Under the pieces are notes generated by a model that was given only the letters and a program-made list of their open reading frames with translations, was not told the DNA's origin and searched no databases. The translations under genes and the position numbers were made by a program. Positions 36,160-49,422 of a DNA stretch of 49,870 nucleotides are shown here, in pieces; positions within the stretch are counted from its first letter, which is position 1; every line of letters starts with the position of its first letter. The stretch is from Chiloscyllium plagiosum (Eukaryota): positions 2,937,340 through 2,987,209 of the forward strand of contig NC_057758.1 in NCBI RefSeq assembly GCF_004010195.1, read 5' to 3'.

Positions 36160-39100
36160 TGACAGCTCTCGAGCTGTGGACGGACTCGTTTTGGACCATG
36201 TGAAATACTGAAGTGATTTGGATATCGCACGTTTAGTAGATTGGTCACTGCATATTCGCCGTTCCGAGGGAGAAAGGGAATAGGTGACCAAAAGGCGGGA
36301 AAAGAGCAGGAAGGTAGTGCCGGAGACCCCTACGGTCATTTTTCTCCAAAGCAGGTACACCGTTTTTGGATACTGATGGGGGAGATGGCTCACCAGGGCA
36401 AGGAAGAAATAGCCAGATTCATGGCACCATGGCTGGCGCTGCTGGTTAGAAGGGTGGGAAAAAGAGTGTCAAGGGTGTTGTCATAGTGGTTCAATTGGAA
36501 AGGGAGTAGATCGGCGATTGTGTGATCGAAAACGAGACGACTGAATGGAATATTGCCTCCCAGGTGCACGGATCAGTTCGGATGTAGAACATTGTAGAGG
36601 GGAAGGGTGAACAGCCAGTTTTCGTGATGCACAAAAGCACAGATGATACAGGTAAAATACGTGATGTGGTCCTACTAGCAGAATTTAGGGAATTAGGAGC
36701 CACGTGGAAAGGTAGGACTTTTGAGGTATTCATCCAACCTCAGTATTGCTACCGGTACCATGTGCTAGTCAGAGTAGAAATGAAAGTATACGCAGAATAA
36801 ATGCGTGGCTTGGGAGATGGTGCAGGAGGGAGGTGTTTTGATTTTCGGGACATTGGGACCGTTTCTGTTTGAGGTGGGACAATTTCAAGTTGGACGGTCT
36901 GTACCTGGGCAGGGCTGGAAACATTGCAATGCTGGAGAGATCATGGATAGCACGTTTAGCAAATTGGTTACAGCGGACATTAGGCTTGCTTAGGGAAAAA
37001 GGGAATAGGTGATAAAAGGGTTTTGCTAACGCAATTGGGGAGGGTTTAAACTAACGTGGCAGAGGGGTGAGAACCAAATAAGCAAATTGTAGAGCGTTAC
37101 GATGTAGTAACTAAAATGTGTTCAGAACAAGATAACAAATTCAACGTGACTGAGGCGAAGAGTAGGTATGGAGCAGTTGAAGAACGCAAAAGTAGAGGTG
37201 GTCTGAGTTGCACTTTTTAAAATGTGATAAGTGCAGTTGGTGAGTCAGATGATGTTAGGGAATGAATTGCACCTGGGAGTATGATGTCATTACTAGTACT
37301 GCGACATGCTTGATGGAAGATTTGTAACTAAGAATTAAAGGATAAAAAATTTACAAGCAGAATGAATTGTGATGTAAAAGGGGTGGAGAATTTTCACGAC
37401 TGTTCAGAGAGGATATCACAACTCTGCTGAAGGAATAGACTATAGAGGACACAAGCAGTGAGACAATATGGGCAGAGCTTAGGAACAGGAAATAGGAAGG
37501 GTGCGGTAAAAATGTTGGGGCTGGGCTGCAGGCCTCCCAACATTAGACATGAGATAGAGGTACAAATATATTAGCAGGCTATGGAAACGTGTATGAGCAA
37601 CAGGGTCGTGGTGACTGATGATTTTGATTTTCCCAACATTGACTTAGATTCAGTTAGTGCTGGAGGTCTAGTTGGAACAGAATTTCTAAGTAGAATCCAG
37701 GAGGGTACATAGATAGCCCAGGCGGGTATGTAAATAGTCCACTTGGGGAGGAGCCATTCTCGATATTTTGTTGGGAAATGAGGCGAGTAGGTGGTTGAAG
37801 TTTCAGTGGGGCATTATTTTGAGAATAATGATCACAATTACATAAGTTTTAGACGACTCATGGACAAAAACGAGAGTGGTCCTAAAGTAAGAGTTTTAAA
37901 TCGGGGGAAGGCCGACTGTAGGAAAATATGGGAGGAGCTGTGGAATGTGGATTGGAAACACCTGTTTGAAAGTAAATACACATTTGATATCTGGGGAGCC
38001 TTTAATGGTAGATTGATTAGAGCGCAGAACAGACATGCCCTGTGAAGAAGAGGATTAGAACTGGCAAAATCAGGGAACCAGGTATGACAGGTGAAATTGT
38101 GAGAATAGCGAAGAGAAAAAAGAAGCATAAATGTGGTGAGTCGACTGAAAACAGACGAAGATTTGGGAGAATGTCTGGAAAGTAGGAACAACCTGAAATG
38201 AGGCAGAAAGAGGGATAAAAGTGGTCATGAGATATCTTTACTGAACAGGGTTAAGGAAAATCCCAAAGCTTTTTATTGTTATATAATGAACAAGAGGGGA
38301 ACTCAATACAGGGTTGGCCCAGTCAAAGACAAAGGGGATAAGTTATGTGTGTGGTCTGACTAAATGAGTGAGATTCTTAATGAGCACATTGACTCGGTAT
38401 TCATCAAGGAGAGGGGTATGACAGTGTTGAGGTTATGGATAGATGTTGATTACTCTCGGTCAAGTCGGGTTAAGGAGGGAGGAAGTGTTGGATATTCCGA
38501 AACGCATTAAGGTGGACAAGTCCGAATGCGATCTATCCAAGAATACTGATGGAAGCGAGAGAGGAAATAGTTGGGTCCTTAACAAACGTATTTTCAGTAT
38601 CCTTGAAAACGGATGAGGCCCTGGGTGATTGGATAATTGCTAATGTTGCCCCCTTGCTTAAGAAGGGTCGCAAGGATCATCCAGGTAATTATTGACCGCT
38701 GAGCCTCATGTAAGTGGTAGCGAAGCGCTGGAAAATATACTGAAGAATGGGATTCATTTAATTTGTAAGAAAATACGCTTATTAGGGATCACAACACGTT
38801 TTTTATGCAGGAAGAAACATGTCTTACAGACATGTAACAGAATTCTTTGAGGACGTGTCAAAGTTCATTGATGAGGGAAAGGCTGTCAAATGCACGGTCT
38901 TTACTAAAGCATTTAATAATGTTCCACATGGTAGGCTGCTGGAAAAATTGAAGTCAAATGCGATCCATTGCGTACTAGCTATGTGGATCGAGAACTCGCT
39001 GGGAAGCAGGGGTCAGAGCGTAGTCGTCGAAAAGAGTTTCTCAGAATGTAAAACTGTCACCAGTGAGTTTTCCACAGGGATCTGTATTGGGACTATTCTT

Positions 39101-40040
39101 GTTTGTGATTTACATAAATGATCTGCAGAAAGGTGTAGTTGTTCTGATTAGCAAGTTTGCAGATGTCACCAAGATGTTTTGATTTGTAGACAGTGAAGGG
39201 GACTGTTAATGAATGCATTAGAATATAGATAAATTGGAGAGTTGGTCAGGGAAAAGGCAGGTGCAGTTCAATGTCGGCAAATGCGTGATGATGCAATTTC
39301 GAACATCCAATACAAGAGTGAATTATAAAGTTACTGGGAAAGCCCTGGGGAAAATTAACGTCCAGAGACATCTGCGTGTTCAGGTCCAGTGTTCCGTGAA
39401 GGTCACAACGCGGGTGATAGACTGGTCAAGGATACATACGGCATGCAGACGGTGTATTGAATACAAGGGTTGGCAGATCATGTTCCAGTTGTCTAGGAGT
39501 TTGGTAGGGCCAAAATTTGAACAGTGTGCACAGTTCTGGTAGCCACATTACCAAAACGATGTGGATGTTTTGGAGAGGATGCAGAGAAGGTCGACCAGGA
39601 TTTCACCTGGCATGTAGGGTGCGAGCTATGAAGAGAGTTTGAGAAGGTTGTTATTATTTTCATTAGAAAGAAGAGCGTTGAGGATGGACCCTATTGAGAT
39701 CTACAAAAGTCAGGAGAGGTAGAGACAGGGTGGATAGCAAGAAGCATTTTCTGTGAGTAGTGATCACAAGTTCAATATGACAGGGAAAGTAAAGGAAATC
39801 ATATATGGAATTTTCTTTATGCAGAAGGTGGTGGGTGCCTGGAACGCGTTGCCAGCAGAGCCAGTAGAGGTGGCACGACAGCATCATATAAGATATATCG
39901 AGACAGGTATATGCATAATCTGAGAGCAGGGCGATACAGATCCTTAGAAAATAGGCAACAGTTTTAAATAGAGGATTTGATTCAGCGCAGGCTTGGAGGT
40001 TGAAGGTCCGGTTCCTATGTTGTAATTCACTTTGTTCTTC
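36160..40040 (+). mobile_element. Old near-full-length CR1 LINE (ORF1 esterase-like remnant plus ORF2)
   Basis: ORF1-like VDRRLCD...YCLPGAR; ORF2 fragments GHYFENNDHNYISF, FTKAFNNVPHGRL, EQCAQFW; 3' tail ctttgttctt. Confidence 0.88.
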
Positions 40041-40059
40041 GATATGTTGTCAGCACGGA

Positions 40060-40860
40060 TGACTCGCACCAAAGGATGTCTTGAGGATTGGAGTGATTTC
40101 CGTCTTCAGGTGCACGAGTCCCAAGTAGTCCTTGAATAAGCAAAGAACATCATAAAAGAGGCTTTTGTGTTGCTGGCCTTTATGACAAGATGGATTGAAC
40201 TTTATTACAATCTTTCTGTTATGCAGGGTGCTAGAATTTCCTCATCTGGAATATCGTGTGCGATTCTGGGCCCTTTATTGAAAGATACATGTAAGTTTGT
40301 TGGAACTTGTGAAGAAGGCGGTTTCATGGCTGATTCCCTGAAATGAGAGATTTCTTTGACGAGATAACGTTGGACTTATTGCGCTTGCTCCCTCTGGAGT
40401 TTTGGGAAGTGAAGGAGAGTTGGGGGAAGGTTGTGAGCTGATTGATGAGTGTAAGATACTGAACAATCTTGTAAAAGCAAACATGAGACGAGATGTCTCC
40501 TGCCATGGGTCAGCATGGAATGAGAGACGAACGGATTTACAATTGGGGGAGGACCAGATTAGGAGGTCGACCATTCAGGTCGCAAGTGAAAATTCTTTCT
40601 TTCTCTCTCTGAGGAAACTTGTATGTGACTGTGACACTCTGTGCGCTCGCAAGGTGGTGCAGATGGTATATGGAAGATTTTTGAAGACTGCAGTGAACAG
40701 ATTCTTGTTCACAGAGAAATGGAAAGTTACTGAACGCGGATAGGGCAATGTGAAACTTCAAAGCCAGCAGAATTAGCCATGATCATTCTGAATGATGGAG
40801 AAGCCTCGAGGTAGCCGAATGCATTATGGTCTGCTCCTGTCTGCTATCTCCTGTGATTGT
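40060..40860 (+). mobile_element. Old CR1 3' fragment
   Basis: catctggaatatcgtgtgcgattctggg and ttagccatgatcattctgaatgatggag 3' motifs. Confidence 0.7.
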
Positions 40861-42290
40861 GACTGAACGAAATGTTAGTTAAACACATTCCGTGGATATG
40901 TGAGCAATTAACCTCAGAAACGTTATGTCCTGTTTTTCTCGGCGAGATGCCTTCTCACTTCATTCATCCTGAAGCCCTCCTGGGTATTCACAGTTTGCAC
41001 TGTACTATCCCAAACTGAACCTTTTGGTATAATGTGACTCAGTTCTCCGCAATGACATGCTGCTAACACACGGTCACAATCTCCTGTCTGTGTTGACTAT
41101 CCACTCTCTCTCTGTCTCATTCTCGCAAGCACTGCAACATTTACCTTCAACAATTTTCTTATCTCTCCTGTATATCTCGTAACCAGGAAAATGGCGCACC
41201 CAGTCCTGCTCCAACTGAAACCCAAACTTTGGAGCCCACACAACATTAGTTTGCTTTCTATTGGGCACAGGTGGAGTGAAAATCTGAAAGTTTATCTCGC
41301 TAACACTGTTTACCACGTACCTTGCATTCATGTGCAGACACATTATGTTTTTATTTCCATGTTATTGTCTCTCTTACCCCAAACTATGAGTGGCCAATAT
41401 TTTTCAGTTTCCTGAGGTGGGGTTACTGCCCCTGAAATCATTCGATGTGTCTGGTTGTTGCTCTCTGAATGTTCACTCAGAGTCCACGCTCCTGACAGGT
41501 CAGGTAAAAGCTTGCCCAGTACGAGAATAACATCAGCTGCACTGCAGTCTGTTGAAGTGTATCCGCTCAAAAGTCCACAGGTCATATCATTCTCATCATT
41601 CTTGATATTGTCCTTTCCCTGTGAAGCACCCATTTTGCTGTACTGTTCTACCCTTTGTTTTGTTTTCTTTCCTATTCTTCCTTCAACTGTGAGACTCATC
41701 AATTGTCTCTGCTACTTTCTGAAAAATATGTAACATGTTCATCATTATAGAACCATGGCAGATCTGTGTCAGAGTAGAGGGCATCAATGTAAGGTGAAGG
41801 AGCAAGTGGTGTCGCGGAGATATGAGATTTTCTTTTCACCCAGAGATGTGTAATGTGCTACCCGAGATAGTGGAGGGATCAGATACTCTCTCAACATTTT
41901 TAAAAGTGTCTGGTCGACCATTTTCTATATTGGGGCTTAGCAACCTCTGACTCCATGTATTGGGCAAATTGGAAGAATGTGTTTGCATTACAAAAATACG
42001 GTCCTGTCCCTCCCTGTACACGATTGCTGAAACTGAGCTTAGAGGAGTGCACATACATGGTTTATGACTGCCATTATCTTATTCAGAGCTAAACGATTGG
42101 CATAACCACCTCTCGATCAATTCAAGGGAAAAAGCTCAGAATTACAAAATTGAAATATTTTGCTGTTTTTGTGTTTTTTTTTGTAAAGTCCTGTTTTCAG
42201 GATATCTCAATAGGAACGTGAATGTTTTGTGATTTTCTGAGAGCAAGACATGTTGCTCTGACAGACGTCAGCAGAAGTCTGCATGTTCAG

Positions 42291-42955
42291 GTATCCTGAA
42301 AGTGGCAAAACAGATCGGCAGAGTGATCAGTAAATCATATTGCTTGCTTTCCTATATCGGTCAGGGTATTGAGTACAAGAGTTGGCAGGTCATGTTGCAG
42401 TTGTACAGGAATAGCGGAATAATGTGTACTGGTCGCCGTGTTATCAAAAGGATTGGATGCTTTTGAAAGGATGCAGAGGAGGTACACCAGGCGTTTGCCT
42501 GATATGGAGGGAGGGAGCTATGAATAAAAGTTGAGTGGGTTGGGAGTATTTTCATTAGAAAGGCAGAGGTTGGGATGTGAAATTGATTGAGGTATTCCAA
42601 ATCATGAGAGGTAGCCACGTGGTGGATAGTACGGAGCTTTCTTCCCAGTTGGCAGAATCAATTACTGGGCATCACGAGTTCATGGCGAGAGGGGAAAATG
42701 TTGAGGGAAATATCTTGGAAAATTCCTTACACAGATGGTGGTGGATGCCTGGAACACATTGCCAGCGGAGCTGGTAGATACAGGCACAATAGTGTAATTT
42801 ATGATACGTCTAGGTAGATATACAAATGGGCAGGGAGCAGAGGAATATAGATGTTAAGAAAATAGGTGACAGATTTAAATAGAATATCTGAACTGGTGCT
42901 GGCTTAGAGGACCGAAGGACCTGCGCCAGTCATTTTTTGTTCTTTGTTCTTTTTT
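42291..42955 (+). mobile_element. Old CR1 3' end, paralog of ~9806-10515
   Basis: gagtacaagagttggcaggtcatgtt matches 9887-9912; same tail and same downstream flank. Confidence 0.85.
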
Positions 42956-44714
42956 ATTCTTGTGCAGCCATTGCATTTATACAGCGAGATCAGATCAGTG
43001 TTGGTTTAAACACTATAGCCAGCCAAAAGCAGGAACAATGAAACAATACAGCAATGATTGCATTCAATATGTCCAAAAGGTCAATCTGGGCCTCCTCAAA
43101 CCTGTATCCAATTCGAATCTGCTGTGCAGTTTCTCTGATGTTTTCACTTCTTCAAAGTCTACTTAGAGGCAGGGGGCTTCCCCATTGAGGCATAACACTC
43201 TCACTTCATACCACAGGCGCTTCGCAACATCAGCAGAGATGAAGCAGTGCCAGTCGAATCCTTTATGCAAAATGGGAAAAGGGACAACCGACCCATTTTC
43301 TGAAGAAAGGTGACTGGACCCGAAATACTATCTCTGTTCCAAACTCCCCAGATGCTGTCAGACCTGCTGATATTTTCCAGCCATTTTTGCTTTGGATTCA
43401 GACTCCCAGCTGGTCGTTGCTATTAATTTTACTATCCGAAATATTCACCTGCACAAATGTAGGTAAGAAGTGGGCAAACACAGGAATAGAAGGAATGGGT
43501 GGTGAGAGATATTCATTGAAAAAGTAAGTGTTCAATTTCCATGCTACGCTTGTATTTGGAGATTCTAACAGGCAGAGGCAAAATATAAAGGCTCCAAAGT
43601 GAACTTGAAAGCGTGAATTTTGAAGTGATCTTCGCTCATTCGATCATCGAGCTCAAAGCAAGAAACTAAATCTTCATTAATGGAGACGTTCAAGAGTAGG
43701 ATCACGCAAATCAAAACTACGAACTGCAGGCTTAATTAAGAGACCCAATCCAGGATTTATTTCATAACCAGCACGAGTGCATGACAGCGACAGATCTGAG
43801 TCATTCCCAAAGAAACGTTTGAGATTTAAGAACTGTTGTTTCGCCAACATCCAGTTGTAAACGATGGCGGGCAATGGAAATAGCATCCGAGGCTCTGGTC
43901 GTTTCGAATATCCCCGTCTTATACAGTTCTGCACAGGATGTCAGAAGCAATCTGAAGCATTCCTAAGCTTATTCTGCCAGTCGTGCCTCATAGCTATTCG
44001 GTCCTCACCTCCATTGAGTCCACATTTGCAAGTCCAAAATCTATTCCAGCTTTTGGAATAATTATACTGGCTGAAAGAACTAGCTGCACAGTTCGTGATG
44101 CTGCTTCAGTCCAAAGAAATTCCTCTACCGGTCTTATCTAATCCCGTCAGTGTTCTTTCGTGTCAGCTAAGTGTTGGCACATTGCTTTCACTGAAATGTT
44201 CACTGAGGTCCAGCGAGTGATCTTCTCGGGCCATTGATACAGAGGTCATCAGGGCAAACCTTGGAGAAGCTCAGCAGATCTGGCAGCAGCTGTGTAGAGA
44301 GAGGAAGAGAGAGAGAGAGAGAATCAGAGTTCACGTTTCATTTCACTCCTATGCCAAAACTTGGACTGTCACCACACTTATTCCCGTTCCTGGTGCTTCT
44401 GGTCATCTGGAATATTCGTCCTGCGTTTACCCTGCTGACTTCAGTTTCGAGTCCAGTGTTGGTATTCTTCAGGACAGCATTTGTGGAGGTAGGAGGAGGG
44501 TGAACATTTTAAGCCCAATGTGACTTATGCACAAAATGAGTCTGGTCCCAAAGGTTATCAGTGGCAAGGGGTTCAAAGGTACACAAAACTGAATGAAGCC
44601 ATCCATCCCATCTCAAGTAGCTGCCTCTATATTCTGAGCCTCTGCTCCTCTGTGCTCTGTCAAATATAATGTGTACTTTTCAACTGATGGATAATTTACA
44701 GGGTTTTTTTGCAG

Positions 44715-45623
44715 TTAACGGACTGGCTATTGAAATCCTCTCTCGGACTAAGTGTGGCCTATCAAAATGTATCAACCAGTATCTGGTGTATATGTGAGTG
44801 GCAGATCTGCTGGTCAACATCCATGACCTGATACTGAAGCATATTCCAATTGTGTATAATGCAAAATTTCTGTTAATGAAGTCAATCCCTGCGTGCAACA
44901 TCCACGCCGTTCTTGTCCATGCAGCCACAGACTGTTCTGTCTGGTTCACTGTTGCTTTCAACTTTGATCGATTTGTGGCTATCTGTTGCCAAAAACTGAA
45001 ACGTAAATATTGCAACGAGAAAATTACATCTGTAATTTTAGGAAGAGTGACAATACTGAGCTGTTTAAAGAATATTAGTTGATATTTTATGCTAACAAGT
45101 CAGTATCGGCTAAATAATCTCCCTTGATTTTGTCATGAAAAGTCAGGCATTGGCCAATCTCATTTCTGGGGAACATTCGAAATCATTCATTATCTACTAA
45201 TCCCATGTTTGGCAATTCTTTTGACTGTGCTATTCAATGCATTTTGTGTCAGGCGTATCGTACTTGCCCACAGAGCCCGCAGGAGACTGAAGACACACAG
45301 CAGAGGGGAAAATGCCACAGACCCAAAAAATGGAGAATCGAAGAGAGTCCATAATCTTGTTGTTTCTTATTTCAGCCAATTTGGTGCTATCATGGGCAGC
45401 TTTTATGCTCCACTCAATATGGAAACGTATGTGGTGATTGGGACTAAAGGCAATCTATCTCCATTATTTTGTGGCAGAAATTGGATACATCTGCCAGCTC
45501 ACCAGTTACTGTACAAACATTTGTATTTATGCCCTAACATTGAGCAAATTCAAGGATCAGTTGAAGAGTGTGCTCAAATATCCAATTTCACTCTCATTAA
45601 AGTTGCTTAAAAATAAAATGTAG
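44715..45623 (+). pseudogene. Rhodopsin-class GPCR pseudogene exon (GPR139/142-like), second paralog
   Basis: Acceptor ttttttgcag at 44714; LAIEILSRTKCGLSKC, ADLLVNI, TDCSVWFTVAFNFDRFVAICCQKLKRKYC, CTNICIYALTLSKFKDQLK; in-frame TGA at 44795 and 45080, more stops and a frameshift near 45325. Confidence 0.92.
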
Positions 45624-45641
45624 TCGAAAAAATAGTGCAGT

Positions 45642-46320
45642 TGAGGATCTAAAGTTTGAATTTAGACTTTTGTCAGTAGCAACAAGCACATGCAGATTTC
45701 TATTAATCACAAAATGGCTTTTCAATTTAAAATAACACACAATATGGCTGCAAGTAATGATTTGACTCTGTGAGCTTGAATTGGTGCTTTAGTTGTTTTT
45801 AGAGATAAGAGACAATAATGGATTTCTTTTTTCATAATATGAACCATAAGATAGTGATTTGGTATTCGAACTAACCTTGAACTGCTATCATTAGATGGTG
45901 ATCTACGTAAATTGAGAACCCATTCCCAGGGAATATCCTTGGATTAGGCTGTTGTCAATCATGTCACCATATGACAGTTTATTGGACTTTTCTTGTAATT
46001 AAGAACTCTTTCCCAGGAAATATCATTGGATTAACCTGCTGTAAATCATGTCACCTTATAATATGTGATTGGTCTTTTCTTGTAATTAAGGTTGTACTGT
46101 TTCTTAAAAAACATATCAATAATGTGTAATTTTCGAATGCAATTGCGCCATTTCTCGACGTAAGCTTTTAACCTCCGTATTGCTGGACAAATCTGTGCTG
46201 GTCTGCCTTAATTTATGAAACTGGTGACCTTGCTTCAAACAGATTGTGCTTCTAGTAATTCTTTTGACCGGTCTCGAACACATTTGGAGGGGTTTAAATC
46301 TTCATTTGGTGCCGTGACTC
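45642..46320 (+). mobile_element. Probable ERV-type 5' LTR (45642-46304) plus tRNA-His primer-binding site (46307-46320)
   Basis: Starts TGAGGATCT, ends AAATCTTCA (imperfect inverted termini), followed by TGGTGCCGTGACTC; homology to the other GPCR paralog's 3' flank stops at ~45640. Confidence 0.72.
45923..46090 (+). repeat. Two ~80-bp direct repeats with ATTGG (reverse CCAAT) motifs inside the LTR
   Basis: ttcccagg.aatatc.ttggatta...aatcatgtcacc...attgg.cttttcttgtaattaag twice. Confidence 0.85.
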
Positions 46321-46693
46321 TTGGTTCGGCATGGGCAGATAGCAGACAATGGTTTAAGAGTCCTTGAGTCCTTCATTGTTGAGGGTTGAGGAGTGCAGCC
46401 GGCCAGAAATGAGTGTTTGTTTTTTCTTCTCATTCAATTTGCGTCTGACCTGACACCTCGCTATCTATTTTCTAGTCCAGCCCACAAGGATCGGTCTTAG
46501 CAAGGGAAGGATTAAGGGAACTCTATATTACAAGGGGGGAGAGATTAACTGAAGCTGGGGTTTATTTTTGTACTTCTGGACAGTGATATCCTAAAAAATT
46601 GCTGAACTCTGAGGGAAGTCTTCAACTCTCATTTCTCAAGCTTCGTTAATTTATGAAGTTAAATAAAAAATCTCCTCGACAATTTTCGCAGCC

Positions 46694-46833
46694 TGGTGGC
46701 CTCAACATTTTAATACAGGCAGTTAACATTTACGGAGGCTGGTGGCCCCAATATTTTGACTATTATAGAGGAAGATGGCCCCGATATTTTTGATGATTAC
46801 GGAGACAGGTGGCCTCGATATTTTAATACAGGC
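46694..46833 (+). repeat. Four degenerate tandem units (g.tggcc.c.a.atttt...)
   Basis: ggtggcctcaacatttt, ggtggccccaatatttt, gatggccccgatatttt, ggtggcctcgatatttt. Confidence 0.8.
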
Positions 46834-47752
46834 GTTTGATCGTGGTTTTAAGGTATACTGACTAAGATTGATCTGCGTAAACTAGGTAGAAAGGAGGTCT
46901 GAAACCTTCTCAGAGTTAAGAAAACCTGATTTGGTTGGATTAACGTTGTCTAAATTAATACCTAAATTGTTCCGTGAAATAAAGAAGTATCATGGTATAT
47001 TATAACAAAACTGTAAGTGTTTTAGATAGTCGAGAATATTCTGCAGAATATTAGTCTTGTTTCTTGTTTTCAGGCTGTTGATTAATGTTAGTTTAATGTC
47101 AAGTTTATTTCTGTCGTTCTGTTCGGCTTGGCTTGTCTTGCTTTGCTGCTTTTGGTGTTTCATTTCTGTTCATTTTGGTGTTTTCTGTTTATGAAATGTG
47201 GAAGGTATTTGATGCCACAAAAGCTGGCTAGGTACAAAAAGTGCTGTTAGAAAAACTGATACAATTATTGCTACTCAGCTACAACATGCTAGTGTGGGTA
47301 GTCAAGAGTTTCCTAGTGTATGGACAGAAAGATCTTATAAAAGAATCTTAAGATTTATAAAATTAGTAATAGAGAATGTGCTTATCCCATGGTTATGATA
47401 CGTGCAACCCCATTGGAAAAACCCTGGACCCACACTGGGAAACGCGTCATGCTTCAAGATGTCCCCGATCCATTCGAGGACCCAATATTAGTTTTAGTTG
47501 GCTAGTATAAATCTGCTGTGGACTTTAATGTATTTGGCAGTTAGGACACATTGGGCAACTATTAAAGACACTAATGTATTTCCCCTGGGTTGTAGCCGAA
47601 CGCAGAGGCACGAAAAACTTGCCTTGATTATACTTTTAAAATCACAAATGGAAGGGCTGAGAGGTATTTAGATTTGACACACTTTGTGAAGGAACAATGT
47701 GCCACAGCCAGGATTTTTGAGACTAAACTCCAAAGCTAAACACTCAGTTATC

Positions 47753-47766
47753 GTGTGTGTGTGCGT

Positions 47767-47797
<31 letters not shown>

Positions 47798-47803
47798 GGA
47801 GAG
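47753..47803. repeat. Compound (GT)n(GA)n microsatellite
   Basis: Direct reading. Confidence 0.9.
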
Positions 47804-49422
47804 GAAAGCCCTGTAGCTCGTAGCAAGTTTAACCCTTTGTGATTCGGTTTGAATACACTTTTGTTTGGTGATTGAATGTTTGTCCTTTATTCCCTGGAAC
47901 TCGAGATCAGAGATGATTTGCATTTTGGAAATTTAACATGAATCATTTTAAGGTTAAGGATCCTTCAGTGATTTTGAAATAAAATATAAGCTCCTGTTAT
48001 TTATGCAGGTCATGACTGCCCTATTGTCAGTTTCTATACCAATTTCTATTGTCAGTTTTTATCCTTACATGAAAGCCAAACTAATTCGATTTTAAATTAG
48101 TTTAATACGGAAGTAGACAACATAATAAATATTTTGCTGTTTCAGGCTCATTTGTTTCCACTTAATTTTAAGACTGTTGTGTTTTGTTGGTGATTATTAG
48201 TAAGGACGGTTGTAGTCTTATTGAGGGACCCCCTCCCTCAATGACAGTTGAAGTTTCAGTTCAACATTAGGTTGTGATAACTCATATTTAAAAAAAAAAA
48301 TCCTGTGGTTATTATCTGTGTCTTTGGATTCGTCCATTATTTGTGCATGAGAAGTTTTTTCTTCATTTGATTAGACAAAATCTTTTAAGGCAGCTCCAAT
48401 TATTTCACGGCCTATAGCATTGTAATTGAGCAATGACTGGTCAGGACCACTTAAGAAACCTAATCTTGGATTTAAATTAAGGGACTAAAATCAGGTAATT
48501 ATAGTGGATTTCAAAGTTGCAGACTGTAAAAAAAATGCATTTTAACTATTAAATACTGAATAAATGAATTTCCAATTTATCTTGATGACTGTAAGAAAAT
48601 AAAATGCTGCATGTTATTCAGACGCATATTGTAAAAGTAATGACCATTGATATATCACCACAGAGGAGATTTGCTCTCTAAACAAGATAAAGAGAATTGA
48701 GTTGTGTTGATTCGCCAATGCCAACAAAAATAAATGAAAACTTATTTTCAGCTGGATCCGCACTCAGTAATGCATTACGTATGCTTGGTACCACTCCACT
48801 CAGTGCTATCCCCAAAATCCAAACTGAATTATATCCATATCATTAGGGGTCCCTAACATACGGAAAACGACTACTGCCTGACTTGGGCAGGCGCTGCTGT
48901 CACCCAGCATTGCAACCTTTAGACAGTCGGGACAGCCAAACATATTGCGGAATAGGGGGGTAAATCAATCAACGTTTCTTTTGTAGCATCACTGCTCCAT
49001 TGCCATGGAGTTAGTAGGCTCCATGGTGTCACAGCTATGTGATAAATTGACGAGGACAAGTGAAAGAGACAAATCTCCTGTTTAGTTATTCTCCTCCTGC
49101 AATTTTTGGTTAGTTGAAAATTCAAATCCTAAAACTAGCTTTCAGATTATTGACAATCAAGATTCCAAAATGTATAGTTAGGAACAGGCTTTAAAGTTAG
49201 CAAACATAAATTGATAAATTGGTTAAATGAGGTTAAAATGAAAATAGAGGCAAGGAGATCAACTACAGAATCGAAGAGAATGATGCAATAAGAATAATAA
49301 AGCAGCAGAGAACAGTTCTTAAAATGTCTTAATCACTTGTTGGGTTCCCATCCCCAATTACAGATAATGAATATTTATTTATTATTTAATCATATATTAT
49401 AGAATTTATAATAATCAATTGT

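Noticed and set aside
44715..45623. Functional GPCR gene or TGA recoding
   Set aside because: Several stops plus a frameshift; TGG-to-TGA changes fit ordinary decay
46694..46833. CRISPR-like repeat array
   Set aside because: Degenerate units with related intervening sequence, vertebrate context, no cas genes
48919..48960. GPCR exon 1 candidate (PYSAICLAVP on minus strand)
   Set aside because: Wrong strand and position relative to both exons, and no splice donor follows
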